A stretch of DNA of 64,000 nucleotides from an uncultured Gammaproteobacteria bacterium (GTDB lineage Bacteria; Patescibacteriota; Patescibacteriia; JAHIZJ01), in contig CAYJKP010000001.1 in the NCBI GenBank assembly GCA_964371245.1, forward strand, positions 251,042 to 315,041. The letters are read 5' to 3'. Below the pieces are notes generated by a model. That model made no database searches. It was given only the letters and a program-made list of their open reading frames with translations, and was not told where the DNA came from. Below, piece after piece: positions 48,387 through 58,593 of this stretch (positions are counted from its first letter, which is position 1; every line of letters begins with the position of its first letter). Made by a program: the position numbers and the translations under genes.

Positions 48387-50213
48387 CTATTTAATGTCGT
48401 ATACCCAGATCGAGTCGTCGATGATGGCAATTGGTGTATACGACTTGAGCCATGAATATTCGCCCGATTCAGAGTATAATCCAGAGACGCTGATCGCCAC
48501 GGCCCCTTCAAAATCAGGCAGGCGCTTAATCTCATCATTTGTCGGCGGTGAGGTGTGGTTGATCCCATATGCCTGAGGTTCAGCCGTTCCAAAATAGTGG
48601 AAGTAAATGAAGTTAAGATCGTGCTTATCCATATATTTCTTCAGACCGATCAAGCCCTGGCCCCAGTCTATGTTTGAATCGAGAAGATACTTGTGACCAT
48701 TTTTTACGCCGCCAACCGCCTCATTGAAATACGAGAGGTAATTTGGATAAATCGCTACCGAAGAGGCGAGGTAGAAGGCGGTCAGAACGATCAAGGCAGT
48801 AATCATGGGTTTGCGCCAGCGCTGGGATAATTTGAACGTGGCGAAGGAACCGATCCAGACGAAGATAAACGGATACACAGGCAAGAGATGACGGACGCCG
48901 AGATTGAGTTTGCTGGTTAGGGTCCAGATGAAATACGCGGCTGGCGTTAGGATCAAGATGTATTTGTCAATTGGTGCTCGCCGAAGTTTGTGATAGAAAT
49001 CGCGGAACCAACCGGCGGGTGGGGGAGTGGATCCTTCAACGACCCGGGAATGCCGCACCAGCCAGGCCACAAAAAGGGAAAGCAAAACGAACGTGAACAG
49101 CAGGGTAACCAGCGGCGTCTTAACCAGGAAGGCGATGATAAAGTAGTACCACCAGCCGACGCGCGAATACTGGCCGAGCAGGTATGAACTGTGTCCCCAG
49201 TAGTTGTGATTTGCCAGAACGGCGAAGCCCTTGGCAAAGGTATAGGCCGGCACCGGAACCGTTTTCGCCAGCCGTTCCGTCAGATGGCCAAGGGAGGTAT
49301 TGGTGTCGGTAATTTGATTGACGAATTTGAGCCAGAGCTTATCAAATTGCTGCGTCGATTTCCCGGGAGCGAAGCCAACCGATACCTCCGGATCACTGAA
49401 GGTCGTTTTGACCTCGAAGCCATACGTCGCCCAGACGGTGAAAAAAACAACGACGAGAATCATGAGGAGGCTCGGCCAGAATCGAGCCGGCCATTTCGGT
49501 TTTTGCCCGGTTGTGCTTGCTGGCAGCACATTCCTCGGCCAGCCCTGCCAGCGCGCGATGAGATAGTAGACCAGCATGAGCGGTATCAGGATGACCGCTG
49601 AAAATTTCGCAACCAAGGCTAAGCCAAGGATAAAGGCGAATAACAGCAAGCGCTTCAGCGTCGGTCGTTTCAGATAACGACTGAACATATACAGCGTTGC
49701 AAACATGAACAGGGCAATGCCGAGGTCGGTCGTAATCCAGCGGGCATGGGCGATGGTAGTCGGGTCAAAGGCATAGAAAAGCAACGCCAACAGACCGCCG
49801 CCAAGGCCAAAAAGCTCCTTGGCCCATTTGAAAATTATCAGGCCAAGCACTATACTGAGAAGCATGATTGGCAGGCGACCCCAGAAAAGCAGCCAGAAAT
49901 GATCCACGGTATTATGATACAGAAGCCATTGTCCGGCATACCACTGGTTATTTGAAAGCCAACCTGGATTTTCAGACAGCGGTGACAGCTTCATGAAGAG
50001 GAGCGGAAAGCCAGCCATCATTTTGATGAGCGGGGGATGCTCGGGATTGAGATGAAAATCCCACAGGCGGACATACGAGTACCCGGCGGCAATGTGTGGC
50101 GCTTCGTCGATGATCTGCGACGATTGAATCGCGCTCGTGATTTCGGCCGTGAACATGATCGCTAAAATAACAAGGACCACGACCCAGTAGTGTGTTTTGA
50201 AAAATTTAAACAT
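48387..50213 (-). CDS. GT-C fold PMT/ArnT-like (GT39/GT83) glycosyltransferase
   Basis: IIDEAPHIAAG, NPEHPPLIK, GRLP, AHARWITTD, AKFS, LGVRHLLP and DSNIDWGQ. ATG at 50213 preferred. Confidence 0.85.
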   Translation of the reverse strand: MFKFFKTHYWVVVLVILAIMFTAEITSAIQSSQIIDEAPHIAAGYSYVRLWDFHLNPEHPPLIKMMAGFPLLFMKLSPLSENPGWLSNNQWYAGQWLLYHNTVDHFWLLFWGRLPIMLLSIVLGLIIFKWAKELFGLGGGLLALLFYAFDPTTIAHARWITTDLGIALFMFATLYMFSRYLKRPTLKRLLLFAFILGLALVAKFSAVILIPLMLVYYLIARWQGWPRNVLPASTTGQKPKWPARFWPSLLMILVVVFFTVWATYGFEVKTTFSDPEVSVGFAPGKSTQQFDKLWLKFVNQITDTNTSLGHLTERLAKTVPVPAYTFAKGFAVLANHNYWGHSSYLLGQYSRVGWWYYFIIAFLVKTPLVTLLFTFVLLSLFVAWLVRHSRVVEGSTPPPAGWFRDFYHKLRRAPIDKYILILTPAAYFIWTLTSKLNLGVRHLLPVYPFIFVWIGSFATFKLSQRWRKPMITALIVLTAFYLASSVAIYPNYLSYFNEAVGGVKNGHKYLLDSNIDWGQGLIGLKKYMDKHDLNFIYFHYFGTAEPQAYGINHTSPPTNDEIKRLPDFEGAVAISVSGLYSESGEYSWLKSYTPIAIIDDSIWVYDIK

Positions 50214-50244
50214 GGTTGATATGTTCAATAATGAAAAAGCTAGA

Positions 50245-50595
50245 ATGCGCTTCCGCGAGTTTTTTGCCGATCGGATCGTTTTGGTAACGGTCAGTCTGGG
50301 GCTCGTTCTCACCGGCCTGGTCAGCTGGCTTGTGTATACGAAATTTCACCAACAGACGGAATTTGTACCCCTCCATTATAACATTTATTTTGGCATCGAT
50401 CTATATGGACCGTGGTACCAAATACTCACCCTGCCGGCCACCGGTCTTGGCCTTCTCTTTATTAATTTTATTCTTTCTTTTATACTATATAAACGGGTCA
50501 AGCTGTTCAGCTACGCCTTGCTGATCAGCCTGGATCTCTGCGGTCTCATGTTACTTGGTTCCGGCTGGCTCATCGTCAGCCAGTTGCTCACCTAA
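50245..50595 (+). CDS. Small membrane protein (DUF1648-like) upstream of mraY
   Basis: Three TM segments with a VPLHYNIYFGID..GPW loop. Start uncertain (50221 or 50245). Confidence 0.7.
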   Translation: MRFREFFADRIVLVTVSLGLVLTGLVSWLVYTKFHQQTEFVPLHYNIYFGIDLYGPWYQILTLPATGLGLLFINFILSFILYKRVKLFSYALLISLDLCGLMLLGSGWLIVSQLLT

Positions 50596-50604
50596 CGAAA
50601 ATCG

Positions 50605-51657
50605 ATGAACATCGCCCAGGATTATCAAATAATAAAAATATTTTCGCTCACCGTCTTGTCGTTTGTCGTAACGATTCTATGGACTCCGGCCTTAACCCAT
50701 TTTCTGTACAAATACAAGCTGGGCAAAAAAATACGCGACGACAAAGCGGCGCCGATATTTTCGAGTCTCCACCAAAAGAAATCAGGCACGCCGGTCATGG
50801 GCGGACTGTTGATCTGGGTAACGACGTTTTTTCTGGCGGTGCTCATCTACTATTTAGGAAAGTACAGCGGTCTGGAGTTTTTTCAGAAGCTGAATTTTCT
50901 GACCCGGTCGGGCACGCTCCTGCCATTGGGTGCGTTGGTAGCGACCGCCATCGTCGGTCTTGTCGACGATTTATTGAACGTCCGCGGTATCGGTGCGTAC
51001 GGTGGTGGGCTGAAGATCCGCCACCGGCTCCTGATCTATACCGCCATCGCCGCTGTCGGCGCGTACTGGTTTTATTTCAAGCTCGATTGGGATGTCTTGC
51101 ATGTTCCGTTCCTTGGCAACTACTCCATCGGCTGGTGGTATATCCCGATCTTTATTTTTGTGATCGTCGCCACCTCGTTTTCGGTCAATGAAATCGACGG
51201 TCTTGATGGACTATCAGGCGGCACCTTACTGGCTGCGTTCGTCGTGTATTCCGTGATTGCCTATGCGCAAGGCCGGTACGAACTGGCCACTTTCTGCGGG
51301 GTGATTGTTGGCGCCCTGTTTGCCTTCCTTTGGTTCAATATACCGCCGGCCCGTTTTTTCATGGGCGATACCGGCGCGATGGCGCTCGGCACGACCCTTG
51401 GAGTTGTGGCTATGCTGACGAATACCGCCTTGGTGCTGCCCGTGATCGGCCTACTCTTCGTGATTGAATCGCTGTCCGTGATCATCCAGCTATCCAGCCG
51501 GAAGTTTCTCAAGCGTAAGGTATTTCTCTCGGCGCCGATCCACCACCACCTCGAAGCGATCGGCTGGCCGGAAACGAAGATCGTCATGCGTTTCTGGGTC
51601 ATTTCGGCCGTATCCGCGGTCGCCGGATTGATTATCATTTTAATAGACAAGACCTGA
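50605..51657 (+). CDS. mraY: Phospho-N-acetylmuramoyl-pentapeptide transferase
   Basis: KKSGTPVMGG, GLVDD, VNEIDGLDGL, FMGDTG and APIHHHLE. Confidence 0.96.
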   Translation: MNIAQDYQIIKIFSLTVLSFVVTILWTPALTHFLYKYKLGKKIRDDKAAPIFSSLHQKKSGTPVMGGLLIWVTTFFLAVLIYYLGKYSGLEFFQKLNFLTRSGTLLPLGALVATAIVGLVDDLLNVRGIGAYGGGLKIRHRLLIYTAIAAVGAYWFYFKLDWDVLHVPFLGNYSIGWWYIPIFIFVIVATSFSVNEIDGLDGLSGGTLLAAFVVYSVIAYAQGRYELATFCGVIVGALFAFLWFNIPPARFFMGDTGAMALGTTLGVVAMLTNTALVLPVIGLLFVIESLSVIIQLSSRKFLKRKVFLSAPIHHHLEAIGWPETKIVMRFWVISAVSAVAGLIIILIDKT

Positions 51658-51658
51658 T

Positions 51659-52159
51659 ATGTCGGCAAAGAAGCTATTAGTCTTCATCGGTAAGCCCGGT
51701 GCCGGCAAGACAACCTTAATTAACAAGGAGTTTCCCGATAAAAAAATAATTGACGTTTTGCCCTTCGTCATGTCGTACAAAGTAGCGGGACGGGTGCCGG
51801 AGGAGAAAACACTGGACGGCTATCGGGACATGTATCGTCATTTGCGGGAGTTGAATGACGATTTTGTTATTCTGGAGCTAGGCACTAACCACGCCGATTT
51901 TAATATTACGGAACTGAAAAAAATCGGTCAGATGTTTGCCGTTCAAGTCTTTTTATGCGTAGCTTCAAATCAGACCTTGCGCGAACGAATACAGCTGCGT
52001 GACAGGGGCGATGACATGGAAGCCATGGAGCGACGGCTTCAGCGCGTTTTTCCTGATGAACACATTATGCTGTTAGAGCGCGCAGGTTTGAGTTATATTA
52101 TCCTCGATATGGAAAAATCCTTAACATCGCTCCAAGCAGAACTCCAGAACCACAATTAA
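51659..52159 (+). CDS. P-loop NMP-kinase-like protein
   Basis: GKPGAGKTT at the N-terminus and a lid-like LRERI..R.R.DD....RRL segment. Confidence 0.75.
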   Translation: MSAKKLLVFIGKPGAGKTTLINKEFPDKKIIDVLPFVMSYKVAGRVPEEKTLDGYRDMYRHLRELNDDFVILELGTNHADFNITELKKIGQMFAVQVFLCVASNQTLRERIQLRDRGDDMEAMERRLQRVFPDEHIMLLERAGLSYIILDMEKSLTSLQAELQNHN

Positions 52160-52179
52160 TTATCTATTAATTTATCCCT

Positions 52180-52536
52180 ATGAAACTAATAAGAGCGGCC
52201 GAAAAATTATGGGCTGAAAAAGAAGGATACAGTAAAAAAGTATTTCTGACTGAAAAGGATTTGAATTCTCCGGGTAACCATGTCCAGCTCATTAAAATAA
52301 AACCGCGCGTATCAGTGAGGAATCACTATCATAAAATACAAACTGAAATCTTTTATTTCCTGGACCAAAACGGTTACTTTGTTGTAAATGGGGAAAAGAT
52401 GGCAGCCGATATTGGTGATCTTATTGTGATTGAACCAAACGACCGTCACTATACGGTAAATAATACGGATAACGATTATGTGTATCTAGCTGTAAAAATC
52501 AATTATCAAGAAGATGATTTTTATTGGGAGCAATAG
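52180..52536 (+). CDS. Cupin domain protein
   Basis: HYH...TEIFY and GDLIVIEP...H...N cupin motifs; AT-rich. Confidence 0.85.
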   Translation: MKLIRAAEKLWAEKEGYSKKVFLTEKDLNSPGNHVQLIKIKPRVSVRNHYHKIQTEIFYFLDQNGYFVVNGEKMAADIGDLIVIEPNDRHYTVNNTDNDYVYLAVKINYQEDDFYWEQ

Positions 52537-52657
52537 AGATAGAGATGTTCGACCTAGGGTGGCATTATTCTGAGCGTCGATTTCAGAAAATGTAACTAAA
52601 ACAACTTACTGTCCGAAACAGTTTATTTTTTTATGAAATTGGGGTATCATAATATGG

Positions 52658-54043
52658 ATGAAAACAAATTGGACGGGAAAACGCGTTCTGGTCATGGGCC
52701 TGGGTCTGCACGGCGGGGGAGTGTCAGTCGCCCGATATTTCGCGCGCCAAGGCGCAACGGTCACGGTTACAGATTTGCGGCCGCAGCGGATTCTCAGGCC
52801 GTCTTTGGACAAACTTAAGGGCTTGCCAATTCATTATGTTTTAGGCCGGCATCGAAGTGAAGATTTCGCTAAGGCCGATCTGGTGATCCAAAACCCCGGC
52901 GTGCCGAATAACTCATCCTTTCTCGCAGTGGCCAGAAAACATGGCGTGCCGATTGATAATGAAGCCGGACTTTTTTTTGCAGAAGCGCGCGGCCGCTTCA
53001 TCGGCATAACAGGCACGAAAGGAAAGAGCACGGTCTCAACGCTGGTCTATGAAATACTTCGGAAGCACAGGCCCGGCACGCTCTTGGCCGGCAATATCCG
53101 TACCACCGCCATGCTGGATATTATTTCGCGCGTGAAAAAATCAACCCCCGTGGTTCTTGAACTCTCATCCTGGCAGCTCGAAGGACTAGCTAAGCATCGG
53201 ATAAGCCCGCCCGTTTCTTTGATCACCAACATTTATCCCGATCACCTGAATCGTTACGGCTCATACCGGTCATATCAGGAAGCGAAAACGGTTATCTTCC
53301 GTTACCAAAAACCGGACGGCCTTGTCGTGCTGAATTATGACAATCCGATCACGCGCCGCTTCGGTCAACGAGCAAAAAGCCGGGTGATATGGTTTTCGTT
53401 GCAGAAACAGAATCAAGCCACCTGGACGGGTGCGTATGTTTCCGCTGGGACAATTTGGTATCAGGCGCGAAAGCGAAAAAAACCGGTGATGGCCACAACG
53501 GAAATTCAATTGCCCGGCCGTCATAATATAGAGAACGTCGTTGCGGCCGTTGCCTTAACCTCAACCCTCGGCGTACCAAGAGCGGTTATCTGTTCAGCCA
53601 TCCGGACGTTCCGGGGTGTTTCTGGCCGGCTCGAACTCGTTCGGTTACTCCACGAAGTGAAATATATCAATGACACGACCGCCACGTCGCCGATCGCGGC
53701 AAAAACGGCTATTGAAGCGTTAACCGGTCGCGGACCGATAATTCTGATCGCCGGCGGCCAGGATAAAAATCTCCCGTGCCACGATTTCATCCGGATGGTA
53801 AATCGACATGTCCACGCCGTCGTGCTGTTACCCGGTACCGCATCAAATAAATTTCGTAAACATTTCCGCGGTATTCCGGTCTATCCCGCAAGAACGATGG
53901 ACTCGGCGGTTCGCCGAGCCGCTCGTCTGGCGAAACCCGGCAGCCAAGTGGTACTCTCACCGGGAGCGGCCAGCTTCAATTTATTCAAAAACGAGTTTGA
54001 TCGCGGTGAGCAATTTATTAAAGCCGTAAAAAAGTTATCGTAA
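52658..54043 (+). CDS. murD: UDP-N-acetylmuramoyl-L-alanine--D-glutamate ligase
   Basis: MGLGLHGGG, ITGTKGKST, ELSSWQL, DHLNRY, NDTTAT and LSPGAASF..FKNEFDRG. Confidence 0.95.
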   Translation: MKTNWTGKRVLVMGLGLHGGGVSVARYFARQGATVTVTDLRPQRILRPSLDKLKGLPIHYVLGRHRSEDFAKADLVIQNPGVPNNSSFLAVARKHGVPIDNEAGLFFAEARGRFIGITGTKGKSTVSTLVYEILRKHRPGTLLAGNIRTTAMLDIISRVKKSTPVVLELSSWQLEGLAKHRISPPVSLITNIYPDHLNRYGSYRSYQEAKTVIFRYQKPDGLVVLNYDNPITRRFGQRAKSRVIWFSLQKQNQATWTGAYVSAGTIWYQARKRKKPVMATTEIQLPGRHNIENVVAAVALTSTLGVPRAVICSAIRTFRGVSGRLELVRLLHEVKYINDTTATSPIAAKTAIEALTGRGPIILIAGGQDKNLPCHDFIRMVNRHVHAVVLLPGTASNKFRKHFRGIPVYPARTMDSAVRRAARLAKPGSQVVLSPGAASFNLFKNEFDRGEQFIKAVKKLS

Positions 54044-54044
54044 T

Positions 54045-55205
54045 ATGCCACTACCTGTACGTCGGAGCAATCGAATAGTCACGCAACGGAATTGGCACGC
54101 CCCAGATTACGTTTTGCTTGGCTTGCTTGGTACTATTGTTGTCATTGGTATTGTGATGCTGTCGTCGGCCAGCACGGTGGTCGGTTTTGAAGGATTCAAT
54201 GATCCGAATTACTATATCAAGCACCAGCTGCTCTATGGTATTCTAGTCGGCACGGTTGGGTTTTTTGTGGCCTCACGACTTGATTACCATATCTGGGATA
54301 AACTCGCGTTTCCATTATTGGTCATGACGATCATTGCGCTCCTCTTGGTGTTTATTCCGGGCATCGGACTGGGTCTGAAGGGGGCCAATCGTTGGATCAA
54401 TCTCGGCGCGTTCACGTTCCAACCGGCGGAAATGGCCAAGCTGACCTTTTTGTTATATCTCTCGAGCTGGCTCCAAAAGCGGGGCAGCGGGATAAAGAGT
54501 TTCTCGTATGGGTTTCTTCCGTTCGTCGTAATTTTGAGCGTCTTAGCTGGCTTGATCATTCTCGAGCCGGACTTCAGCACGATGCTGGTGCTCGTCTTTA
54601 TGTCGGTGGCGGTATTCTTTGTCGCTGGCGCGAACCTTGTCCATATGTCGTGGTTTGGCGCCATCGGTATTGGGTTGTTTTTACTGATCATTAAAATCGC
54701 ACCCTATCGGGCCGCGCGTTTCACCGTCTTTCTTCACCCGGAAATGGATCCGCAAGGGATCGGCTATCATATTAATCAAGCGCTTTTGGCGATCGGGTCA
54801 GGCGGCCTTTTCGGATTAGGTCTGGGTCATTCCCGTCAAAAATATAATTATCTGCCAGAGGCGCACAGTGATTCAATATTCGCGATTATCTCTGAGGAGC
54901 TCGGCTTTATATTTTCTGTGATTTTGATTAGCCTCTACCTGTTTTTAATGCTTCGAGGTTTTCGAATTGCCCGGCGCGCCCCTGATAATTTTGGTAAATA
55001 TGTTGCCGTCGGAATTACGATTTGGATCACCTTTCAAGCGGTCTTCAATATTGCTGCCATGGTCGGAGTCGTGCCGATCTCAGGCATCCCGCTGCCATTC
55101 ATCAGTCACGGCAGTACGGCCGTGGCGTTTTCACTTATTGCCATGGGCATATTAGCAAACATATCAAAACAAACAGTTATCACGCCAATGCCCGAGCGTC
55201 ATTAA
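54045..55205 (+). CDS. ftsW: Peptidoglycan polymerase FtsW (SEDS family)
   Basis: GANRWI, FQPAEMAK, EPDF, YLPEAHSDSIF..ISEELG and PLPFISHG. Confidence 0.95.
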   Translation: MPLPVRRSNRIVTQRNWHAPDYVLLGLLGTIVVIGIVMLSSASTVVGFEGFNDPNYYIKHQLLYGILVGTVGFFVASRLDYHIWDKLAFPLLVMTIIALLLVFIPGIGLGLKGANRWINLGAFTFQPAEMAKLTFLLYLSSWLQKRGSGIKSFSYGFLPFVVILSVLAGLIILEPDFSTMLVLVFMSVAVFFVAGANLVHMSWFGAIGIGLFLLIIKIAPYRAARFTVFLHPEMDPQGIGYHINQALLAIGSGGLFGLGLGHSRQKYNYLPEAHSDSIFAIISEELGFIFSVILISLYLFLMLRGFRIARRAPDNFGKYVAVGITIWITFQAVFNIAAMVGVVPISGIPLPFISHGSTAVAFSLIAMGILANISKQTVITPMPERH

Positions 55206-55233
55206 AAACATGAAATTCACGGCCGGCGGGTCG

Positions 55234-55261
55234 TTGACGGAACTGTGATATTTGATATAGT
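55234..55261 (+). promoter_or_regulatory. Internal promoter for murG-murC-murB, probably leaderless
   Basis: TTGACG-16 bp-TATAGT with extended TG; the ATG starts 6 nt after the -10. Confidence 0.7.
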
Positions 55262-55267
55262 TTAGGT

Positions 55268-56344
55268 ATGAAGATACTACTGACCGGCGGTGGCACGGGT
55301 GGGTCGGTGACACCATTACTAGCGGTCGCAAATGAAATACGATTGCAACATCCGGAAGCGGATTTTCTTTTCATTGGGACGCACAAAGGACCCGAAGAAA
55401 TCTTCGCACAAACGGCAAAAATACCGTTTCGATCAATTCATTCCGGCAAATATCGTCGTTATTTTTCATTGAAAAATTTGCGCGATCCGTTTCTGGTGCT
55501 GGCCGGTTTTTTTGAATCGATCTCAATCCTGCGGGCATACCGGCCGGATGTTGTCTTCGGGGCTGGAGCGTACGTGAGCGTACCGGTTATCTGGGCAGCC
55601 TGGTTCCTGGGCATACCGTCGCTGATTCATCAGCAAGACGTCAATAAGAGTTTTGCCAACCAGCTCTGTCAACGCGTGGCCAGTCGCATTACCGTAACCT
55701 TTGAGTGGTCGTTAAAAGATTTTCCCGGTAAAAAAACGCGCTGGATCGGCAATCCGATCCGTCCTGAATTATTGCAGGGCGACCGCGATCGGGGTATGAA
55801 GCTCTTTGGCTTGGATCCGGCCGTGCCGACGGTCCTGGTTTTTGGCGGTGGGACGGGCGCGCAAAAAATAAATGAGTTGATGGTCGGCGCGACCCTAAAA
55901 CTGACAGAACATTGCCAAATTATTCATCTCTATGGAAGGCAAAAAGAATTGATCCGCATAAATAACGGGCGCTATCATGGCTATGAGTTCTTGGCTGATG
56001 AAATGAAAGATGCTTTCGCGGTCGCCGACGTTGTCGTCTGCCGAGCGGGCTTAGGCAGTTTAACGGAAGTTGCCACGCTGGGAAAATCGGCCGTCATTAT
56101 TCCAATGCCGGCAACACACCAAGAAGCAAACGCCATGATATTCCATCGCGCCAATGCCGGCGTCATTGTCGATCAGCGCACCCTTGATCCAAACTTCCTT
56201 GTCAATATCATTATCGGGTTGCTCTCGAATAAAACCTGGCGGCAAACACTTGAAAAAAATATCCGGACACTGGTTCGGCCAGACGCCCGCCAAGCCTTAA
56301 CTGGTGAACTTCTTTCGCTCGTGAAAAAAAAGCATGGAACTTAA
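55268..56344 (+). CDS. murG: Undecaprenyl-PP-MurNAc-pentapeptide GlcNAc transferase
   Basis: TGGGTGGS, GNPIR, FGGGTGA, CRAG...L.E and HQEANA. Confidence 0.95.
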   Translation: MKILLTGGGTGGSVTPLLAVANEIRLQHPEADFLFIGTHKGPEEIFAQTAKIPFRSIHSGKYRRYFSLKNLRDPFLVLAGFFESISILRAYRPDVVFGAGAYVSVPVIWAAWFLGIPSLIHQQDVNKSFANQLCQRVASRITVTFEWSLKDFPGKKTRWIGNPIRPELLQGDRDRGMKLFGLDPAVPTVLVFGGGTGAQKINELMVGATLKLTEHCQIIHLYGRQKELIRINNGRYHGYEFLADEMKDAFAVADVVVCRAGLGSLTEVATLGKSAVIIPMPATHQEANAMIFHRANAGVIVDQRTLDPNFLVNIIIGLLSNKTWRQTLEKNIRTLVRPDARQALTGELLSLVKKKHGT

Positions 56345-57704
56345 TACCGCGAATCACGTCTATTGCATCGGGATCGGCGGGATCGGCATTTCCGGTCTCG
56401 CTCAGATCTTGTATTGGCAGGGTAAGCCGGTCAGCGGGAGCGATCTGACGTCGTCGATAATTACTGAAAGCCTTCGTCGCGGCGGCATCCCGGTCGTCAT
56501 CGGCGCGCCGGCATCGAGTCATCTGCCTGTTGATGCCGATTGCGTTATTTATAGTTTGGCCATCCAGCCCGATCATCCGGAATTGCGCGAGGCGAAACGC
56601 CGTGGCGTCGTGGCGCTGTCCTATCCGGAGGCGGTCGGACAGTATACCCGAGATAAATATCTAATTGCCGTCTCTGGCACGCACGGGAAAACAACGACCA
56701 CGGCCATGCTCGGGCAAGTGCTGGTTGAAGCTGGTCTCGACCCGACCGTGTTAGTGGGCAGTCGGCTGGCAACATTTAACGGCAATGTCCGCCTGGGCAA
56801 AAGCAAATACTTCGTCCTCGAAGCGGACGAATTCGGCCGGGCGTTCCTTCAGTACCACCCGAACATGGCGATTTTGAATAATATCGAGGCCGACCATCTC
56901 GACGTGTATACGGACGTTGAGGATATCGAAAAAACATTCCAGAAATACGTCAATCAGGTCAAACCAGACGGCTGGCTAGTGGCGAACGCCGACGATCCAC
57001 GAATAGAGAATATTATAAAAAAGTCAGCGCGCCTGACGACCTCGTTCGGAATTGGTGAGGGTGAGTACCGCGGGGTACTCGAGCAATTGGTCGGGGAAGT
57101 GGTGTTTACCGAGCCTCATGTCGGCCGGGTCGTCCTTCAGGTGCCCGGGCGTCATAACGTCATGAATGCATTGGCGGTGATCGCGGCCAGTCAGATCCTT
57201 AAAATCAAACCGTCCGTGGTGAAAAAGGCGCTCGAAAATTTTCACGGTCTCTGGCGACGCTTTGAAATTGTCGGTCAATGTCAGGGTGCGCCGGTGATAT
57301 CCGACTACGCGCATCACCCGACGGCGTTTCGCGTCACGCTCCAGGCGGCTCGCGAGTATTATCCGGAAAAGAAAATAGTCGCCGTGTTTCAGCCGCATCA
57401 TCGCCACCGCACCAAGGCGTTATACGATGAGTTTCTGAATGCCCTGGAATTGTCCGACGAACTTATCTTGGCAGAGATCTATGATGTGGCCGGACGCGAG
57501 GACAACACCACCGCGGGCGTCAGCTCGCGGAAACTTGTCGAGGATTTGAAGAAACGGAAAGTGGCCGTCTCCTATGCCAAGGATATTGAGACCGCTGAAA
57601 CAATGGCGCGCCAGAAGGCAACCACGAACTCAGTCATTTTAGTGATGGGCGCGGGCACCATTGACGCCGTGGCCCGTCATTTAGTCGACAAAAAGAATGC
57701 CTGA
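56334..57704 (+). CDS. murC: UDP-N-acetylmuramate--L-alanine ligase
   Basis: GIGGIGIS, GTHGKTTTT, EADE, NIEADHLD, RRFE, DYAHHPT, FQPH and MGAG. Confidence 0.96.
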   Translation: MELNTANHVYCIGIGGIGISGLAQILYWQGKPVSGSDLTSSIITESLRRGGIPVVIGAPASSHLPVDADCVIYSLAIQPDHPELREAKRRGVVALSYPEAVGQYTRDKYLIAVSGTHGKTTTTAMLGQVLVEAGLDPTVLVGSRLATFNGNVRLGKSKYFVLEADEFGRAFLQYHPNMAILNNIEADHLDVYTDVEDIEKTFQKYVNQVKPDGWLVANADDPRIENIIKKSARLTTSFGIGEGEYRGVLEQLVGEVVFTEPHVGRVVLQVPGRHNVMNALAVIAASQILKIKPSVVKKALENFHGLWRRFEIVGQCQGAPVISDYAHHPTAFRVTLQAAREYYPEKKIVAVFQPHHRHRTKALYDEFLNALELSDELILAEIYDVAGREDNTTAGVSSRKLVEDLKKRKVAVSYAKDIETAETMARQKATTNSVILVMGAGTIDAVARHLVDKKNA

Positions 57705-58581
57705 CGCTATAGATAAAAAACTTCCCGGCGTGAAAAGAAACGAATTGATGTCGCGGCACACCACCTATCGTATCGGCGGACCGGCGGATTATTTTTATAC
57801 CGCGAAAACAACAAATGACCTCGTATCAGCGATAACGCTGGCTCGGCAACACCAGCTGCCGGTTTTCGTGCTTGGGAAGGGGAGCAATATATTAGTGGCC
57901 GACGCTGGTTTGCGTGGCCTAGTTATCCACGTTGATACCAGCGAACGCACGCGGAATGGCGACCGAGTGATGGTTTCGGCCGGATTGAGTTTGGGTGCGC
58001 TCGTCCAGTGGACGATTGAGCAGGGGCTGGTCGGACTTGAATTTGCTTCGGGCATACCCGGCACAGTCGGCGGCGCGATCCGGGGGAATGCCGGCGCGTT
58101 CGGTTCAGAAACGAAAGACGTCATTGAATCTATCGAGATTCTGACCGATTCATTAGAACGACGGGTGTTACCAAATGCGGACTGTCGGTTCGGCTATCGC
58201 GACAGCCTGATAAAGCACACTCATGACATCGTTCTGTCGGCGACGCTTCATCTGCACGAAGGCAATCGTGACGACAGCCGCGCCTTGGTAAAAGAATATA
58301 TGGACCAGCGGGCCTCAAAGCAGGATTATTCAATCCCATCAGCCGGCAGTGTTTTCAAAAATCCACCCGGCAATTTTGCCGCCAAAATGGTTGACGAACT
58401 CGGACTGAAAGGCACGCGGATCGGTGACGCCCAGATCTCACCGACGCACGCCAATTTCATCGTAAATGTTGGTCAGGCAAAAGCGAACGACGTACTTCAA
58501 CTTATTTCTTTGGTTAAGGAAAAAGTAAAGGCGAAATATACCGTTGAGCTGGAGACGGAGATACAACTCGTCGGGTTTTAG
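57697..58581 (+). CDS. murB: UDP-N-acetylenolpyruvoylglucosamine reductase
   Basis: HTTYRIGGPA, LGKGSN, GIPGTVGGA..NAGA, YRDS, SAGSVFKNP and HANFIVN. Confidence 0.96.
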   Translation: MPDAIDKKLPGVKRNELMSRHTTYRIGGPADYFYTAKTTNDLVSAITLARQHQLPVFVLGKGSNILVADAGLRGLVIHVDTSERTRNGDRVMVSAGLSLGALVQWTIEQGLVGLEFASGIPGTVGGAIRGNAGAFGSETKDVIESIEILTDSLERRVLPNADCRFGYRDSLIKHTHDIVLSATLHLHEGNRDDSRALVKEYMDQRASKQDYSIPSAGSVFKNPPGNFAAKMVDELGLKGTRIGDAQISPTHANFIVNVGQAKANDVLQLISLVKEKVKAKYTVELETEIQLVGF

Positions 58582-58593
58582 TGGTAATAAAAC

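Noticed and set aside
52545-52595. 16-codon ORF MFDLGWHYSERRFQKM as a leader peptide or pseudogene
   Set aside because: Too short, with no recognisable homology or attenuator structure.
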